NCBI GenBank assembly: GCA_041891055.1
Contig: CP169074.1
Location: 1,216,001-1,280,000, forward strand
From: Halorutilales archaeon Cl-col2-1
GTDB lineage: Archaea > Halobacteriota > Halobacteria > Halobacteriales > Afararchaeaceae
Reading direction: 5' to 3'
Length of the DNA stretch: 64,000 nucleotides
Position numbers and translations under genes: made by a program. The notes under the pieces were generated by a model. It did no database searches. It was not told the origin of the DNA and worked only from the letters and a program-made list of their open reading frames with translations. Positions 18,363 to 28,112 of this stretch are shown here, one piece after another. Numbering within the stretch: position 1 is the stretch's first letter; each line of letters opens with the position of its first letter.

Positions 18363-18839
18363 TTACTTGCTCTCGGGAGATTGAGCGGGAGAAGTGCGTC
18401 GACCGCAAGACGGGCAGAACCTCCAGTCGCTCCGCACCTCGTCACCACATTCACAGAACACGCGTGAGACCTTCGTACCACAGTTAGGACAGTAGACAGA
18501 GTCGTCGTCGAGAGATTCACCGCACTGACTGCACGACGACACCGCGTCTATGTCAGACAGTCGGTCAGACTGAGCGCGAGACTTCGACTCTGGATTCGAT
18601 CCCGCTTGAGGGGTGAATGCGTCGGATTCACTGAGTTTTTCGTCTATTATCTCCTCTATCCTCTGAGATATCAGACTGTCGAGCGACTCAGAAGTATTAC
18701 GTGTCTCACGCGGACGTGAACACGAGTCGAGGTAGTCGCGGAGAGCGCGTCTCATTATTTCCGAGCGCGACTCGTCGATACGGTCGACCCTCTCTATGAG
18801 GTCGTCGCTGACACGGAAAGTTATCTTACTGTCTCTCAT
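18363..18839 (-). CDS. cdrL: RHH + double zinc-ribbon regulator CdrL
   Basis: SKITFRVSDDL...SEIMR.AL; CSQCG, CPNCG, CECG, CPSCG. Confidence 0.88.
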   Translation of the reverse strand: MRDSKITFRVSDDLIERVDRIDESRSEIMRRALRDYLDSCSRPRETRNTSESLDSLISQRIEEIIDEKLSESDAFTPQAGSNPESKSRAQSDRLSDIDAVSSCSQCGESLDDDSVYCPNCGTKVSRVFCECGDEVRSDWRFCPSCGRRTSPAQSPESK

Positions 18840-19263
18840 CGTCTAACACCCACGAAGGTTTCTTACGTGACATCTCGCCTATCTCATTGGAGAGCCTCAC
18901 AGCTTCCTCCTCTAAGACATCGGAGACTATCTCCGAGAGGGGAGTCTCAAAAGCCTTTGTGTACCTCTCGTAGAAGTCGTAGACCCTGGGGTCGATCTCG
19001 AACTCGACCTTCATCCGTTTTCCGTCAGCTGCCTTACCCTCGTCGTCTTCGAGTTTATCGTAGATATTCCCGAGACGTGGATATATCTCGTCTTCGAGCT
19101 TCTGTTCGACGACTTCCTCGACTGTCTCGGCTTCGGCATCCGTGTCGTTCTCGATACCGAGATGTGACTTGAGAGCCTGTCTTACGACCTCACTCCTGAC
19201 GTCACCCTCTGAGTCGACCTCTTCGAGGAGGTCGTCGTCGACACGGACGTTGATACGACCCAT
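18826..19263 (-). CDS. Additional ribbon-helix-helix (CopG-like) protein
   Basis: MGRINVRVDDDLLEEVD....RSEVVRQAL; second RHH-like segment KVEFEID..Y......LSEIV; overlaps the cdrL start. Confidence 0.7.
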   Translation of the reverse strand: MGRINVRVDDDLLEEVDSEGDVRSEVVRQALKSHLGIENDTDAEAETVEEVVEQKLEDEIYPRLGNIYDKLEDDEGKAADGKRMKVEFEIDPRVYDFYERYTKAFETPLSEIVSDVLEEEAVRLSNEIGEMSRKKPSWVLDDERQ

Positions 19264-19318
19264 TACGAGATTCTAGTAATAGTAGACATATAAATCTATC
19301 CCGAGTGTCATACATACG

Positions 19319-20044
19319 TCATCCGCGGCTGAGACCTCTCTCGGATACCTCGGTGTTGAGCTCGTCACGAACCATCTCACCCGTCTCATAGTCGTTCGCG
19401 GTCGTTACAATCCGGTTCTCCTGTACGGAAGAGCCGTCACGTATCAGTAGACGTAGGTTGCCGTTGGTGTCAGACCGCGTGACCTTCGCCCCGAATCCGC
19501 CGCTAGAGTTGCTCCCCGCGGCGTTTATAGGACCCGGGACGAGTTTCTTGACATTGGGATGGCGTGTCACAGCCTTCACGGCTTCGAGACCCTTTGACTC
19601 GCCTATAAGAGTCGTGTGGCTCCCGCCTATCTTCTCGTTGGGTGGCTTGTCGACGACCTGGAGTCCCGCGGTGTCTTCGTCGAGAACAGACTCGACCGAC
19701 TCATCTCCACGTATACGTTCGACAGTATGGTGGAGCCGTGTGCGTATCTCGTCGAGAACTTCCCTCGACCCGCGCGCGTAGACCTCGTCGACTCGTTTGC
19801 GTCTTACCTCATCGACGACAAGACCCGCGTAGTTACGTATCTCCCTCCTTTCCTCGTCGGGGTCGTCATCCTCGGGTACCGTGGTAACGGTCGTCTCACC
19901 GACGATCTCAGAGCCGTATGACACAGTAATACGCGTCCGTTCGCGTCCAACCTCTAAGAAGACGGTGTCGGCGTTCGGGGTGCGGCAGACGAGACAGTAG
20001 TCGCCGGGTTTCTCGATAGACGTGCCGCACCTTCTGCAGTCCAT
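19319..20044 (-). CDS. DUF2103-domain zinc-binding protein
   Basis: CRRC..CLVC; KIGGSHTTLIG; HPNVKKLVPGPI; RDGSSVQENRIVT. Confidence 0.85.
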   Translation of the reverse strand: MDCRRCGTSIEKPGDYCLVCRTPNADTVFLEVGRERTRITVSYGSEIVGETTVTTVPEDDDPDEERREIRNYAGLVVDEVRRKRVDEVYARGSREVLDEIRTRLHHTVERIRGDESVESVLDEDTAGLQVVDKPPNEKIGGSHTTLIGESKGLEAVKAVTRHPNVKKLVPGPINAAGSNSSGGFGAKVTRSDTNGNLRLLIRDGSSVQENRIVTTANDYETGEMVRDELNTEVSERGLSRG

Positions 20045-20167
20045 ATACAGTGTTTCTTCTGGTTCCTATTACACGTGTCGGTCAGACGGATTCGTGAGTA
20101 TGACAGACAAGCCGGACGTTCTTAGCAAGAGTTAAGTCTTTACCCCATCTACGGAATGATGTAGTCA

Positions 20168-20241
20168 CCCGCCCTAGCTCAGTCTGGTAGAGCGGTCGAC
20201 TGTAGATCGACTGGTCCTCCGTTCAAATCGGAGGGGCGGGA
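20168..20241 (+). tRNA. tRNA-Tyr (GTA)
   Basis: CCCGCCC acceptor stem; GTCGA-CTGTAGA-TCGAC anticodon arm; TTCAAAT T loop. Confidence 0.95.
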
Positions 20242-20243
20242 TT

Positions 20244-20305
20244 CCCTCCCCGATATGAACAGGGAGCGAACTAGCGACCGTGTTCAAATCGGAGGGGCGG
20301 GATTC
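20244..20305. repeat. tRNA-3'-end-derived hairpin repeat (antisense copy, core, 24-bp sense copy)
   Basis: GTTCAAATCGGAGGGGCGGGATTC at 20221-20244 is repeated at 20282-20305; near-antisense CCCTCCCCGATATGAAC lies between. Confidence 0.8.
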
Positions 20306-20389
20306 GATCCCGGTCTGACAGTTAAGATCGGGATGAATTGAGAGGAAAAGCAAGACTTATACGGTGTCTTGTAAAACGTATATGTGTAA

Positions 20390-20462
20390 GCCCGAATGGT
20401 GTAGTGGCCCATCATACAACCCTGTCACGGTTGTGACGCGGGTTCAAATCCCGCTTCGGGCG
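20390..20462 (+). tRNA. tRNA-Asp (GTC)
   Basis: GCCCGAA acceptor stem; CAACC-CTGTCAC-GGTTG anticodon arm; GGTTCAAATCC. Confidence 0.95.
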
Positions 20463-20516
20463 TACTTCGTTTACTTTAACTCCCGATAAGACATTCCCCC
20501 TTAGTCACTACGTTTC

Positions 20517-20942
20517 CTACACGTCACGGAACCTCGGCGCTCCGAGAGGAACTGTTATAACTGGAACCGGAGACATGTCGACGAGCTTGTGTGCAGTTGT
20601 CTCGGTGTCTCCACCTCTCTTGTGGCTTACACGTGTATGGCCCATCAGGATCAGGTCATAGTCATCCGCCTCGTCTGCGATGTAGCCTGCGACGTCTTCG
20701 TACTCTACGGGCTCGTCCCTCAGCTCCGTCGTAACATTGACACCTGACTCGCGTAGGCTCGAAGCGAAGCTCTCGAACGACTGTCTGTGCTCCTCGACGT
20801 CCGACTTGCCCTCGTCCTGGAGTGTCAGAGACAGGAGATGGACGTCTGCATCGAATCCCGAGGCTATCGCCTCTCCGTGTCGTCGTACATCGCTCTGGTC
20901 GAGGAGGTAGAAGCTCACGGGGAAGAGTATGTCGTCGTACAT
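20517..20942 (-). CDS. Universal stress protein
   Basis: MYDDILFPV, DLILMG, PVPVITVP. Confidence 0.85.
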   Translation of the reverse strand: MYDDILFPVSFYLLDQSDVRRHGEAIASGFDADVHLLSLTLQDEGKSDVEEHRQSFESFASSLRESGVNVTTELRDEPVEYEDVAGYIADEADDYDLILMGHTRVSHKRGGDTETTAHKLVDMSPVPVITVPLGAPRFRDV

Positions 20943-20979
20943 GGCGAAGCATAAGAACCGGGGTGTCTTTTATCTTTGT

Positions 20980-21585
20980 GTGGTAACAGACAGGAGGAGT
21001 CTTGAGATCGCTCTGGAGGAGATTGAGGGATTCGAGGAGCCGTCCCCGAATCTCGAACAGTACGCGACCCCCTCCGACTTAGCGAGTCACGTCTTACATT
21101 TCGCGTACATGCAGGGAGACATAGAGGGCGAACGTGTCGTAGACCTCGGCTGTGGCACGGGTGTCCTATCGGTCGGCGCGGCTCTCTTGGGCGGCGATGT
21201 AGTTGGAGTCGACATCGACACCGCCGCTGTCGGGAGGGCGAGACAGAACGCCGCCGCTGTGGGAGTCTCCGACCTGACCGACTGGGTAAACGCCGAGGTC
21301 GGCGATGTCTGTCTCCGCCTCGAAGACGTGACCGTGGTTATGAACCCGCCGTTCGGAGCACAGAAACACGGCGCTGACAGACCCTTCCTCGAAAAGGCAA
21401 CAGAGATTGGAGACGTCATATACAGTATACACAACGAGGGAAGCCGTGACTTCGTCGAGGGGTTCTTGGGAGACAGAGGAGAGATCACACACGGCTTCGC
21501 GGCGAAGCTTCGGCTGCCACGTCAGTTCGAGTTCCACACACGCGAAAGCCACGAGATAGACGTCGAGGTCTACCGCATAGGATAG
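20980..21585 (+). CDS. METTL5-like SAM-dependent methyltransferase
   Basis: LEQYATP, DLGCGTG, MNPPFG, YSIHN, FEFH; GTG start inferred. Confidence 0.88.
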   Translation: MVTDRRSLEIALEEIEGFEEPSPNLEQYATPSDLASHVLHFAYMQGDIEGERVVDLGCGTGVLSVGAALLGGDVVGVDIDTAAVGRARQNAAAVGVSDLTDWVNAEVGDVCLRLEDVTVVMNPPFGAQKHGADRPFLEKATEIGDVIYSIHNEGSRDFVEGFLGDRGEITHGFAAKLRLPRQFEFHTRESHEIDVEVYRIG

Positions 21586-21593
21586 AACAGATG

Positions 21594-23258
21594 TCAATTG
21601 TCACTGAGACGTCCGACTACTGCGCGGGTCTCCCCCGATACGTCTGACGCGACTACGGTCGAGTTCTCGACACGAAGTTCTACACCGAGTGCGCGAGGCG
21701 TCGAGTTGGGAGACACCGACACTGTTCTTGATATCGAACTCGACTCAAGCACTGCTGTGTAGTTACGACGCGAGACGCCAACCGATATATTGGTGCCGTT
21801 TACACGTACTCCTGTCGGAGCGGGTGGCGACTCGAAGAGAACCGTATCGGAGTCTTTCTTCTCCCGACTCACAACGACTGAGTAGGCGGATTCACCCGAC
21901 GGTGTCGATACGCCTACGCGTTCGACTATGACACGTGTCTCGCTCCGGAGGTCGCCAGCGTAGAAGCTGAGGGTCGACTCCGACTTGAGCTCGGATGGAG
22001 ACGCCTGACGGAGCCAGATGCCTCTGTCAGGGTCTCTGACCACGACGCCGGAGGCGTCCCAGGAGACGTTGATACCCGGAACGGAGACCGGGGCGACACG
22101 TCGGAGGCGTGCCGAGTCTACGTAGGAGATTTCGTATCCCTCGTACTCTACCTGACCGTAAGTCGCGTTAGCTTTGTCTCCGGCGTCGTCGGACACGGAA
22201 GCCGCACCGTCGACACCGACGACGGAGGATACGTTTACGGGAACTGCGATGAAACAGATCACCAGAACCGGTAGGAGAAGACCCACGTAGCCGTAGCTTC
22301 CGAAGCTAATCCTCTCGGAGACGACGTTCGAGACTGTCGGCGGACGTGACCTGACCGCGAGAGCCGTTCCGAGACCCGCGAGTAATGTGAAGCTCAGACC
22401 GAGCGACTGATAGAGGACGTACGACGAACCGTTAGCTATCCAGAGAGCATATATCCCCTCGAAGACACCGACTACGACGACGGCTGCGCCGACCTTCGTA
22501 GCCCTCGTATCGGTTCTGACCCGGTCAGCGAGGCGCGAGTCCAAGAGAAGAGCCCCCACTAGGATTCCGACGAAGAAGCCAAGTATATGACTGTCGACGG
22601 CTATCTGTGCCCACCACGGTGTCACGAACTCCTCCGTGGGTGTCTGGGTGATTACGGGGTACTGGAGTATGCTTACGACCGAGTCGAGAACCGAGGTTAC
22701 AGCGACGAGGACGACGGCTCCCAAGGGGTAGAAGACCGTAATGAAGCCGATAAGGGCGAATACGGCTCCTGAGAAGCCGACGGTAGGACCCGCGGAGAAA
22801 GCTGAGGTGAATACACCGATGACATAGAGAGAGACGGCGAATCCGACGACACGTACGACGGATCTGTGCCGGGGGTCGGAATCGGTGTTACGGTGTCCGA
22901 CGACGTACTCAGCAACAGGTGCGAATACAGCAGTGGCGACGAGGTTCGAGGTTATGTGTCCGACATTGGCGTGAGATATCGGACTTGCGAGGATACCGAC
23001 GGGGTACGAGTAAGACCACGAGTAGTAAGGTATTACGAGAGGATTCGACGAGTGCCACAGACCCCTCTGGGCGAACGCGTAGAAGCCGAGGTTGACGGCG
23101 ACTACGGCGGCGGTTCCAAGGGGGAGGCCAAGAACGAGACGTCTCCTCGACCTCTCGTAGATGTCGGAGAGCGAGTCACGTTCGAGGAGGTATACGGCAA
23201 CGAGAGCCGCCGAGAGGGCGACGATGACCGCGAGGTTGGATACTATGTCTTCGTCCAC
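21594..23258 (-). CDS. Rhomboid family intramembrane serine protease with extracellular C-terminal domain
   Basis: HANVGHITSN, GFSG catalytic Ser, SHILG His. Confidence 0.85.
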   Translation of the reverse strand: MDEDIVSNLAVIVALSAALVAVYLLERDSLSDIYERSRRRLVLGLPLGTAAVVAVNLGFYAFAQRGLWHSSNPLVIPYYSWSYSYPVGILASPISHANVGHITSNLVATAVFAPVAEYVVGHRNTDSDPRHRSVVRVVGFAVSLYVIGVFTSAFSAGPTVGFSGAVFALIGFITVFYPLGAVVLVAVTSVLDSVVSILQYPVITQTPTEEFVTPWWAQIAVDSHILGFFVGILVGALLLDSRLADRVRTDTRATKVGAAVVVVGVFEGIYALWIANGSSYVLYQSLGLSFTLLAGLGTALAVRSRPPTVSNVVSERISFGSYGYVGLLLPVLVICFIAVPVNVSSVVGVDGAASVSDDAGDKANATYGQVEYEGYEISYVDSARLRRVAPVSVPGINVSWDASGVVVRDPDRGIWLRQASPSELKSESTLSFYAGDLRSETRVIVERVGVSTPSGESAYSVVVSREKKDSDTVLFESPPAPTGVRVNGTNISVGVSRRNYTAVLESSSISRTVSVSPNSTPRALGVELRVENSTVVASDVSGETRAVVGRLSDN

Positions 23259-23375
23259 ACACCAAATACGTGTCGCTCGTCTTTAGGCTACTGTTCACGC
23301 TACCGGCGCGTCGTGTTCTCGGTCGCTTCGTGTCTAATCAGAAAGTTCAAACATCTCACCTACGTAGACGGGGAC

Positions 23376-23651
23376 ATGAACATAACAGTCCTCTCGAAGA
23401 CCGGTACAGAGGTCGAGGTCGAGATAGGGGGAGAGGGACACACGTTTCTCAACGTACTCAAGGACGCGCTTCTCGATGTCGAAGGCGTAGAGGCGGCAAG
23501 CTACGACATGAATCCCGAACAGAGCGGGGGCAACACCGAGCCTATACTCTATGTCAAGACCGACGACTCGGTCGATCCACTCGACGCCGTCTCAGAGGCA
23601 ACCGACGGAATAAAGGATGAAGTCTCGGAGTTCAAGGACGCTCTGGCTTAG
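23376..23651 (+). CDS. rpoL: RNA polymerase subunit L (Rpo11)
   Basis: GEGHTFLNVLKDALL...ASYDMNPEQSG; start reassigned from the over-extended ORF. Confidence 0.93.
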   Translation: MNITVLSKTGTEVEVEIGGEGHTFLNVLKDALLDVEGVEAASYDMNPEQSGGNTEPILYVKTDDSVDPLDAVSEATDGIKDEVSEFKDALA

Positions 23652-24238
23652 TTATTTTTAGTCAGACGCAGAACCACGAGCTCCTCGAAGAATAGGCTAC
23701 TTCTCGCGGCTTGATCGACACCGAAGCCCTCGTCGCGCGCGCGCTGGGTGACCTCTCGTATCCCCGTCTTACTGCTGACCAGAAGTAAGACAGTGCCGTC
23801 GTCGGCGAGAACCCTTCCGACAGTTTCGAGAAACTCGACGGTGACACCGCGTCCCGTCTTTCCCGAGGTGAGAGCCTCGTCGATCCAAGACCACGACCGC
23901 GACTCGTCCTCGTCGTCTCTCTCAGGTAGATAAGGCGGGTTGAAGACGACGTAGTCGAACTCCCAACAGACGGCGTCGACGAGATTTGTTCTCACGGCTT
24001 CGACTCCTCTATGGCTCGCCTCTCTGACCGCGTGAGGGTTGATGTCGGTCGCGACGACCTCGGCGGGCGTCTTCTCGTCTATCTTGTGTGAGACGAATCC
24101 CGACCCCGTGCCGACTTCGAGTAGCTTACCCCCGTCTATCTCGTCTAAGCAGGCTTCGAGAAGAAGATGGGTGTCCTCCGACGGAGGGTAGACCTCGTCG
24201 GATTCGAAGTTACTGTCGCTGCCGCGGTCGTCCTCCAT
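23648..24238 (-). CDS. HemK2/Mtq2 release-factor glutamine methyltransferase
   Basis: VYPPSEDTHLL, LEVGTGSG, FNPPYLP. Confidence 0.9.
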   Translation of the reverse strand: MEDDRGSDSNFESDEVYPPSEDTHLLLEACLDEIDGGKLLEVGTGSGFVSHKIDEKTPAEVVATDINPHAVREASHRGVEAVRTNLVDAVCWEFDYVVFNPPYLPERDDEDESRSWSWIDEALTSGKTGRGVTVEFLETVGRVLADDGTVLLLVSSKTGIREVTQRARDEGFGVDQAARSSLFFEELVVLRLTKNN

Positions 24239-24240
24239 CC

Positions 24241-25047
24241 TTAGGAGTAGACGGTGTTGACTATCTCAGCGTACTCCTCGGGCGTTATCTTACCCGGACG
24301 TTTCCGGAGCGTGTCGTCGGAGAGACGTGAGACCACCTCCTCGGGGTCTTCTATCCCGGTTATATGTGTCGTGTTACGTATACAGTTCCTGAGTGTCTTA
24401 CGTCTCTGTGTGAAGACCCCCCTGAGGAAGTCGAGGAAGACGTCGTCGTCGACTTCGAGGTCGTAGTCGGGGTCTCTCGGTTCGAGACGTAAGACAGCAC
24501 TCTCGACCTCTGGCTGAGGATCGAACGAAGACGGCGCGACCGTCTCCTCTATAACCGGCTGAGCGTAATGGCGCGCAGTCACTGAGAGACGTGAGTAGTC
24601 GTCCTCGCCGGCTTGAGCCACGACTCTCTCGGCGAACTCCCTCTGTACGGTCACGACTAAGGGCTTTCCGAGGGGCAGGAGACGGAAAAGTATGGGGCTC
24701 GAAGCCGAGTAGGGGAGGTTCGAGACGCAGACGTCGAACCCGGGCAGGTCGACTTCGAGCACGTCTCCCTCTATCACCTCGACCTCGACCGAATTGAACT
24801 CGTGTCTCAGGAAGTCGGCGAGGTCGGAGTCTAACTCGACGGCTGTGACCTTCTCGACCCTCTCGGCGAGACGTGACGTGAGTACGCCCGCGCCGCCGCC
24901 TATCTCTAAGCAGTGGTCGTCGGGGTTCGAGACCGAGTCGGCGTATCCGACTATACGGTCGAGGAGGTCGTCGTCGACGAGGAAATGCTGATCCCTCGAA
25001 CTGTCGGGACGTATCCCGGCCTTCCTCACGAGATCCTTAGCCTTCAC
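24241..25047 (-). CDS. ksgA: 16S rRNA dimethyladenosine transferase
   Basis: DQHFL, LEIGGGAG, SNLPY, F.P.P.V.S, FTQRRKTLRN. Confidence 0.93.
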   Translation of the reverse strand: MKAKDLVRKAGIRPDSSRDQHFLVDDDLLDRIVGYADSVSNPDDHCLEIGGGAGVLTSRLAERVEKVTAVELDSDLADFLRHEFNSVEVEVIEGDVLEVDLPGFDVCVSNLPYSASSPILFRLLPLGKPLVVTVQREFAERVVAQAGEDDYSRLSVTARHYAQPVIEETVAPSSFDPQPEVESAVLRLEPRDPDYDLEVDDDVFLDFLRGVFTQRRKTLRNCIRNTTHITGIEDPEEVVSRLSDDTLRKRPGKITPEEYAEIVNTVYS

Positions 25048-25067
25048 GGTGTCACCTTCATATTCAT

Positions 25068-25619
25068 CTACCTTGCGAATACCCTGTACTTGAGATCCTC
25101 GTCCTTTATCTCGTTGACTATCCTCTCGGCGAGAATCTCCCTGACGTTATGGAGACCGCCGACCCTCTCCTCTATGTCGTCGAGGCTCTCGAACTCCTTT
25201 TCGCGTCTCTCTTCGAGTATGCCGTTACGTATCTTCTTGCCTATCCCGGGAAGAAGGTTAAGCTGGTGGAGACGCGTCGTGATAGAGCCCGCGGTGTTGA
25301 AGAACTCGACGTACCTCTCCTCGTCGTCGTCGATTATAGCCTTGACACCGTACTCAAGCTCTGCCTTGGCGCCCTGTGTCAGATCCTCGTATCCGAGGCG
25401 TCTCTTGACCCTCTCTATTCTTTCCCTCTCGCCCTGACCTACGTAGACGAAGTCGCCTATCTTGATACGCGCGTCTTCCCTCGCGGCGAGTTCGAGAAGC
25501 GTGAAGTTATCGCTTCCGACGCCCTGTACTATGGGTTCGTTGTGCGTCCTGTCCTCTGCGTGACCCTGGGGAAGGAAGTCGAGAACGTAGACGTACTCCT
25601 CTCTTTCGGTGTCAGACAT
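25068..25619 (-). CDS. DUF655 family putative RNA-binding protein
   Basis: FTLLEL, ITTRLHQLNLLPGIGKK; conserved rpl21e-rpoF-DUF655-ksgA order. Confidence 0.9.
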   Translation of the reverse strand: MSDTEREEYVYVLDFLPQGHAEDRTHNEPIVQGVGSDNFTLLELAAREDARIKIGDFVYVGQGERERIERVKRRLGYEDLTQGAKAELEYGVKAIIDDDEERYVEFFNTAGSITTRLHQLNLLPGIGKKIRNGILEERREKEFESLDDIEERVGGLHNVREILAERIVNEIKDEDLKYRVFAR

Positions 25620-25681
25620 TGATGTTCTGAGTAATATATAACCTATAAAAACTTATAACTAAGTGCTGCTTTCGTGTCGCG

Positions 25682-26032
25682 TCAGCGGTACTTGGCTACG
25701 ACGTCGAGAATCTCGTCTAGCTCGTCACCTGTGAGGGTGTACCTCTCCTCGGCGAATATAGAACGTATCTCATCACGTGTCGCGGGTAGGAGGTCTGCGA
25801 TCTTGTGTGCGACGAGTTCGTCGACCTTCTCAAACTCCGAGACCTCATCTATGAGTTCACGCGACTCTTCCGCCTCTAACTCGGCGAGTTCATTGGCGTG
25901 GTCTATCGCGCGTCTGAGCTCGTAGCTCATCTCACGATCCTGGGCGGCTCTCTCCTCCGAGACCTGGTTGAGAACCTCCTTTACCTCGGCGAGGCTGACG
26001 TACTCCTCGTCGAGTTTCTCCTTTACTATCAT
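25682..26032 (-). CDS. rpoF: RNA polymerase subunit F (Rpo4)
   Basis: YELRRAIDHA, KIADLLP...DEIRSIFA.ERY. Confidence 0.92.
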   Translation of the reverse strand: MIVKEKLDEEYVSLAEVKEVLNQVSEERAAQDREMSYELRRAIDHANELAELEAEESRELIDEVSEFEKVDELVAHKIADLLPATRDEIRSIFAEERYTLTGDELDEILDVVAKYR

Positions 26033-26035
26033 GTC

Positions 26036-26329
26036 TCAGTTACTCTGAGGCTTGAGGTGCTGTGGCTTTACGAAGAGTGTCTTCTTCTTGTCGCCGTCGT
26101 GTATCTCGACCTCGAAGGCAGTTCCCTGCTCTCCGACAACGACTCCCGTCTCACCGTGGAACCTGGGGTTGGGACGTCCGTCGGGGACACTCGGGTCTAT
26201 GGCTACGTGGACGTTTTCTCCCTCATCGAACTCCTGTACTGCACGGCTAGGCGGGCTCTGTCCCCTGTCGCGCGGGTCGTTGCGCAGCTTGTTACGTGTC
26301 TTGTTCCTCGGTCCTTTAGAGTTGGGCAT
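26036..26329 (-). CDS. rpl21e: 50S ribosomal protein L21e
   Basis: MPNSKGPR..TR.KL, IDPSV..GRP.PRFHG.TG; start 26329. Confidence 0.95.
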   Translation of the reverse strand: MPNSKGPRNKTRNKLRNDPRDRGQSPPSRAVQEFDEGENVHVAIDPSVPDGRPNPRFHGETGVVVGEQGTAFEVEIHDGDKKKTLFVKPQHLKPQSN

Positions 26330-26542
26330 ATCTCTACGGTGGTGTGCTATGGACATAAGGCTTTTCGTAAGTCTGACGCGCGCCAGAGGCAGTTTCACAC
26401 ACCGATTTTACCTCAGCTGAAGATCCCACCCCAGTCATGTGCCCGGGTTTTCTTTGGACGTATGTAGAGACGTGTATATTTATGCCAAAGGTATTTATAC
26501 TATAATTACTGAGTCTCAAATGAGCACGGAGGAACTCCAACG

Positions 26543-26986
26543 TTGGCACAAGAAAGCATAACGGGATTCCGTAAGGAAGGAAGCTGGGAAGAAGTAGTCG
26601 AACACGGCGAGGAGATAACCCAGGTAATGAAGGAGGCAGACGCGGAGATCGAAGGCGGTAACTTCGACGACTGGGAAGAGTGGCGTCCCAAGAACAAGGA
26701 CGACATGGGAGATGAAGTCGTGGAAAAGACAGCAAAGAAAGCGAGCATAGATCCTGACAGTGACTCAGGGATAAAGAAGGCAGGTAAGAAACTCTTCTGT
26801 AGCCTCGAAGAAGCGGTGTACGAGAACGTCATGGGGAAGGCGTCACCCTGCTACTTCGACAACGACCTCGTGAGCGCCAACATAAAGGACACGTCGGGTA
26901 GGATAGGAGACACCGAGACGTTCGCTCTGGAAGTCGATGTCTACGACGCCGATCTCAAGGACGAGATAAGACAGAATCTAGAATAA
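26543..26986 (+). CDS. Conserved haloarchaeal protein (DUF5828-like)
   Basis: ESITGF...G.W..VVEHGE.IT, EWRPK, EE.VYE.VM....PCYFDN.LVSAN. Confidence 0.75.
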   Translation: MAQESITGFRKEGSWEEVVEHGEEITQVMKEADAEIEGGNFDDWEEWRPKNKDDMGDEVVEKTAKKASIDPDSDSGIKKAGKKLFCSLEEAVYENVMGKASPCYFDNDLVSANIKDTSGRIGDTETFALEVDVYDADLKDEIRQNLE

Positions 26987-27152
26987 AACACTTAGAGCTT
27001 TTCTTATAAATGGTCGAAGTTGAAGAGACAAGACGAAGCTAATTTATACACGAAGAGTGACGCCAAAGATACATCAAGACAATGGTAGACAGACACAGTA
27101 GTGAACTGTTCTCGGAAAGGAGGACATGTGTGGGACGAAGAGGTGAAGGAAG

Positions 27153-28112
27153 ATGGATCTAATTCTACTGCCGGCTCTCGTGATATCGTTCTTCGTGGCA
27201 GCAGTCACGGGAGCAGTCAGCATTCCGGTGTCGATGGCTCCCGCGGTGGGGTCGAACACGACGGGCGTGATGAGGGCGGCGTTCCTCGTGGGTATATTTG
27301 GCTTCTTGGGTGCTGTCGCACTTGGGGCGGGGGTCGCGTCGGGGATAGGAAGTAATATAGTCAACGGAGAGCTTCAGCTTCCGACGACAGTTATCGCTCT
27401 CTTCGTGATAGGCTTCTACGTCGCCCTCGGTCTCATAAAAGAGTATCCTATACCCGCGGCGTTCACTGCATTTGGAAGCGTCGCAGGAGCGGGAATAGCA
27501 CAGGGGCTGACGCCCAACGAGGGATACTGGATGACAGCAGTCGTCTCGTGGATAGGAATGGGTCTCGCCGCGATAATCATATCTTGGGTTCTGACGGTCG
27601 CACTCAGGAGGTACGTCAAGAAGACAGACAAGTCGGTCTCTGTGATGGAGAAGATAATCCTCTTCTCAGGTATCGTCTTCGCGTTCATAGGAGGAGGAAG
27701 TCAGGTTGGACTTGCGGTCGGACCTCTCGTAGCGCCGTTTACGGATCTAGGATACGGAATCACTCCGCTTCTCGCCTTCGGTGGCTTAGGACTCTTAGTC
27801 GGAGCGTGGGTCAGAAGCCCCGTGATGCTCAACGCAGTCGGTAGGCAGTACTCCGACATGGGAACCAGAACCTCGATCTCGATACTCTTTTCGGCGATAC
27901 CTCTCGTACAGATCGTGGCTAACGTCCTAGGCGTCCCAGTCTCGTTCAACCAGATAATCATAAACAGCATAATGGGAAGCGGATTCGCCGGAGATGGTAG
28001 CTCAGTCGACAAGAAGAGAATGGTTTACACCGTCGGAGCCTGGATAGCCTCGCTCTTCGCGTCTTTCGGAACGGCTTACGGCATCTACTACGTCGTATTC
28101 GATGTCATCTAA
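27153..28112 (+). CDS. PiT-family inorganic phosphate/anion transporter
   Basis: MAPAVGS, GGSQVGLAVGPL, GVPVSFN; multiple TM helices. Confidence 0.85.
   Translation: MDLILLPALVISFFVAAVTGAVSIPVSMAPAVGSNTTGVMRAAFLVGIFGFLGAVALGAGVASGIGSNIVNGELQLPTTVIALFVIGFYVALGLIKEYPIPAAFTAFGSVAGAGIAQGLTPNEGYWMTAVVSWIGMGLAAIIISWVLTVALRRYVKKTDKSVSVMEKIILFSGIVFAFIGGGSQVGLAVGPLVAPFTDLGYGITPLLAFGGLGLLVGAWVRSPVMLNAVGRQYSDMGTRTSISILFSAIPLVQIVANVLGVPVSFNQIIINSIMGSGFAGDGSSVDKKRMVYTVGAWIASLFASFGTAYGIYYVVFDVI

Noticed and set aside
22866-23375. Apparent N-terminal extension of RpoL
   Set aside because: It overlaps the rhomboid gene on the opposite strand; the real start is ATG 23376.
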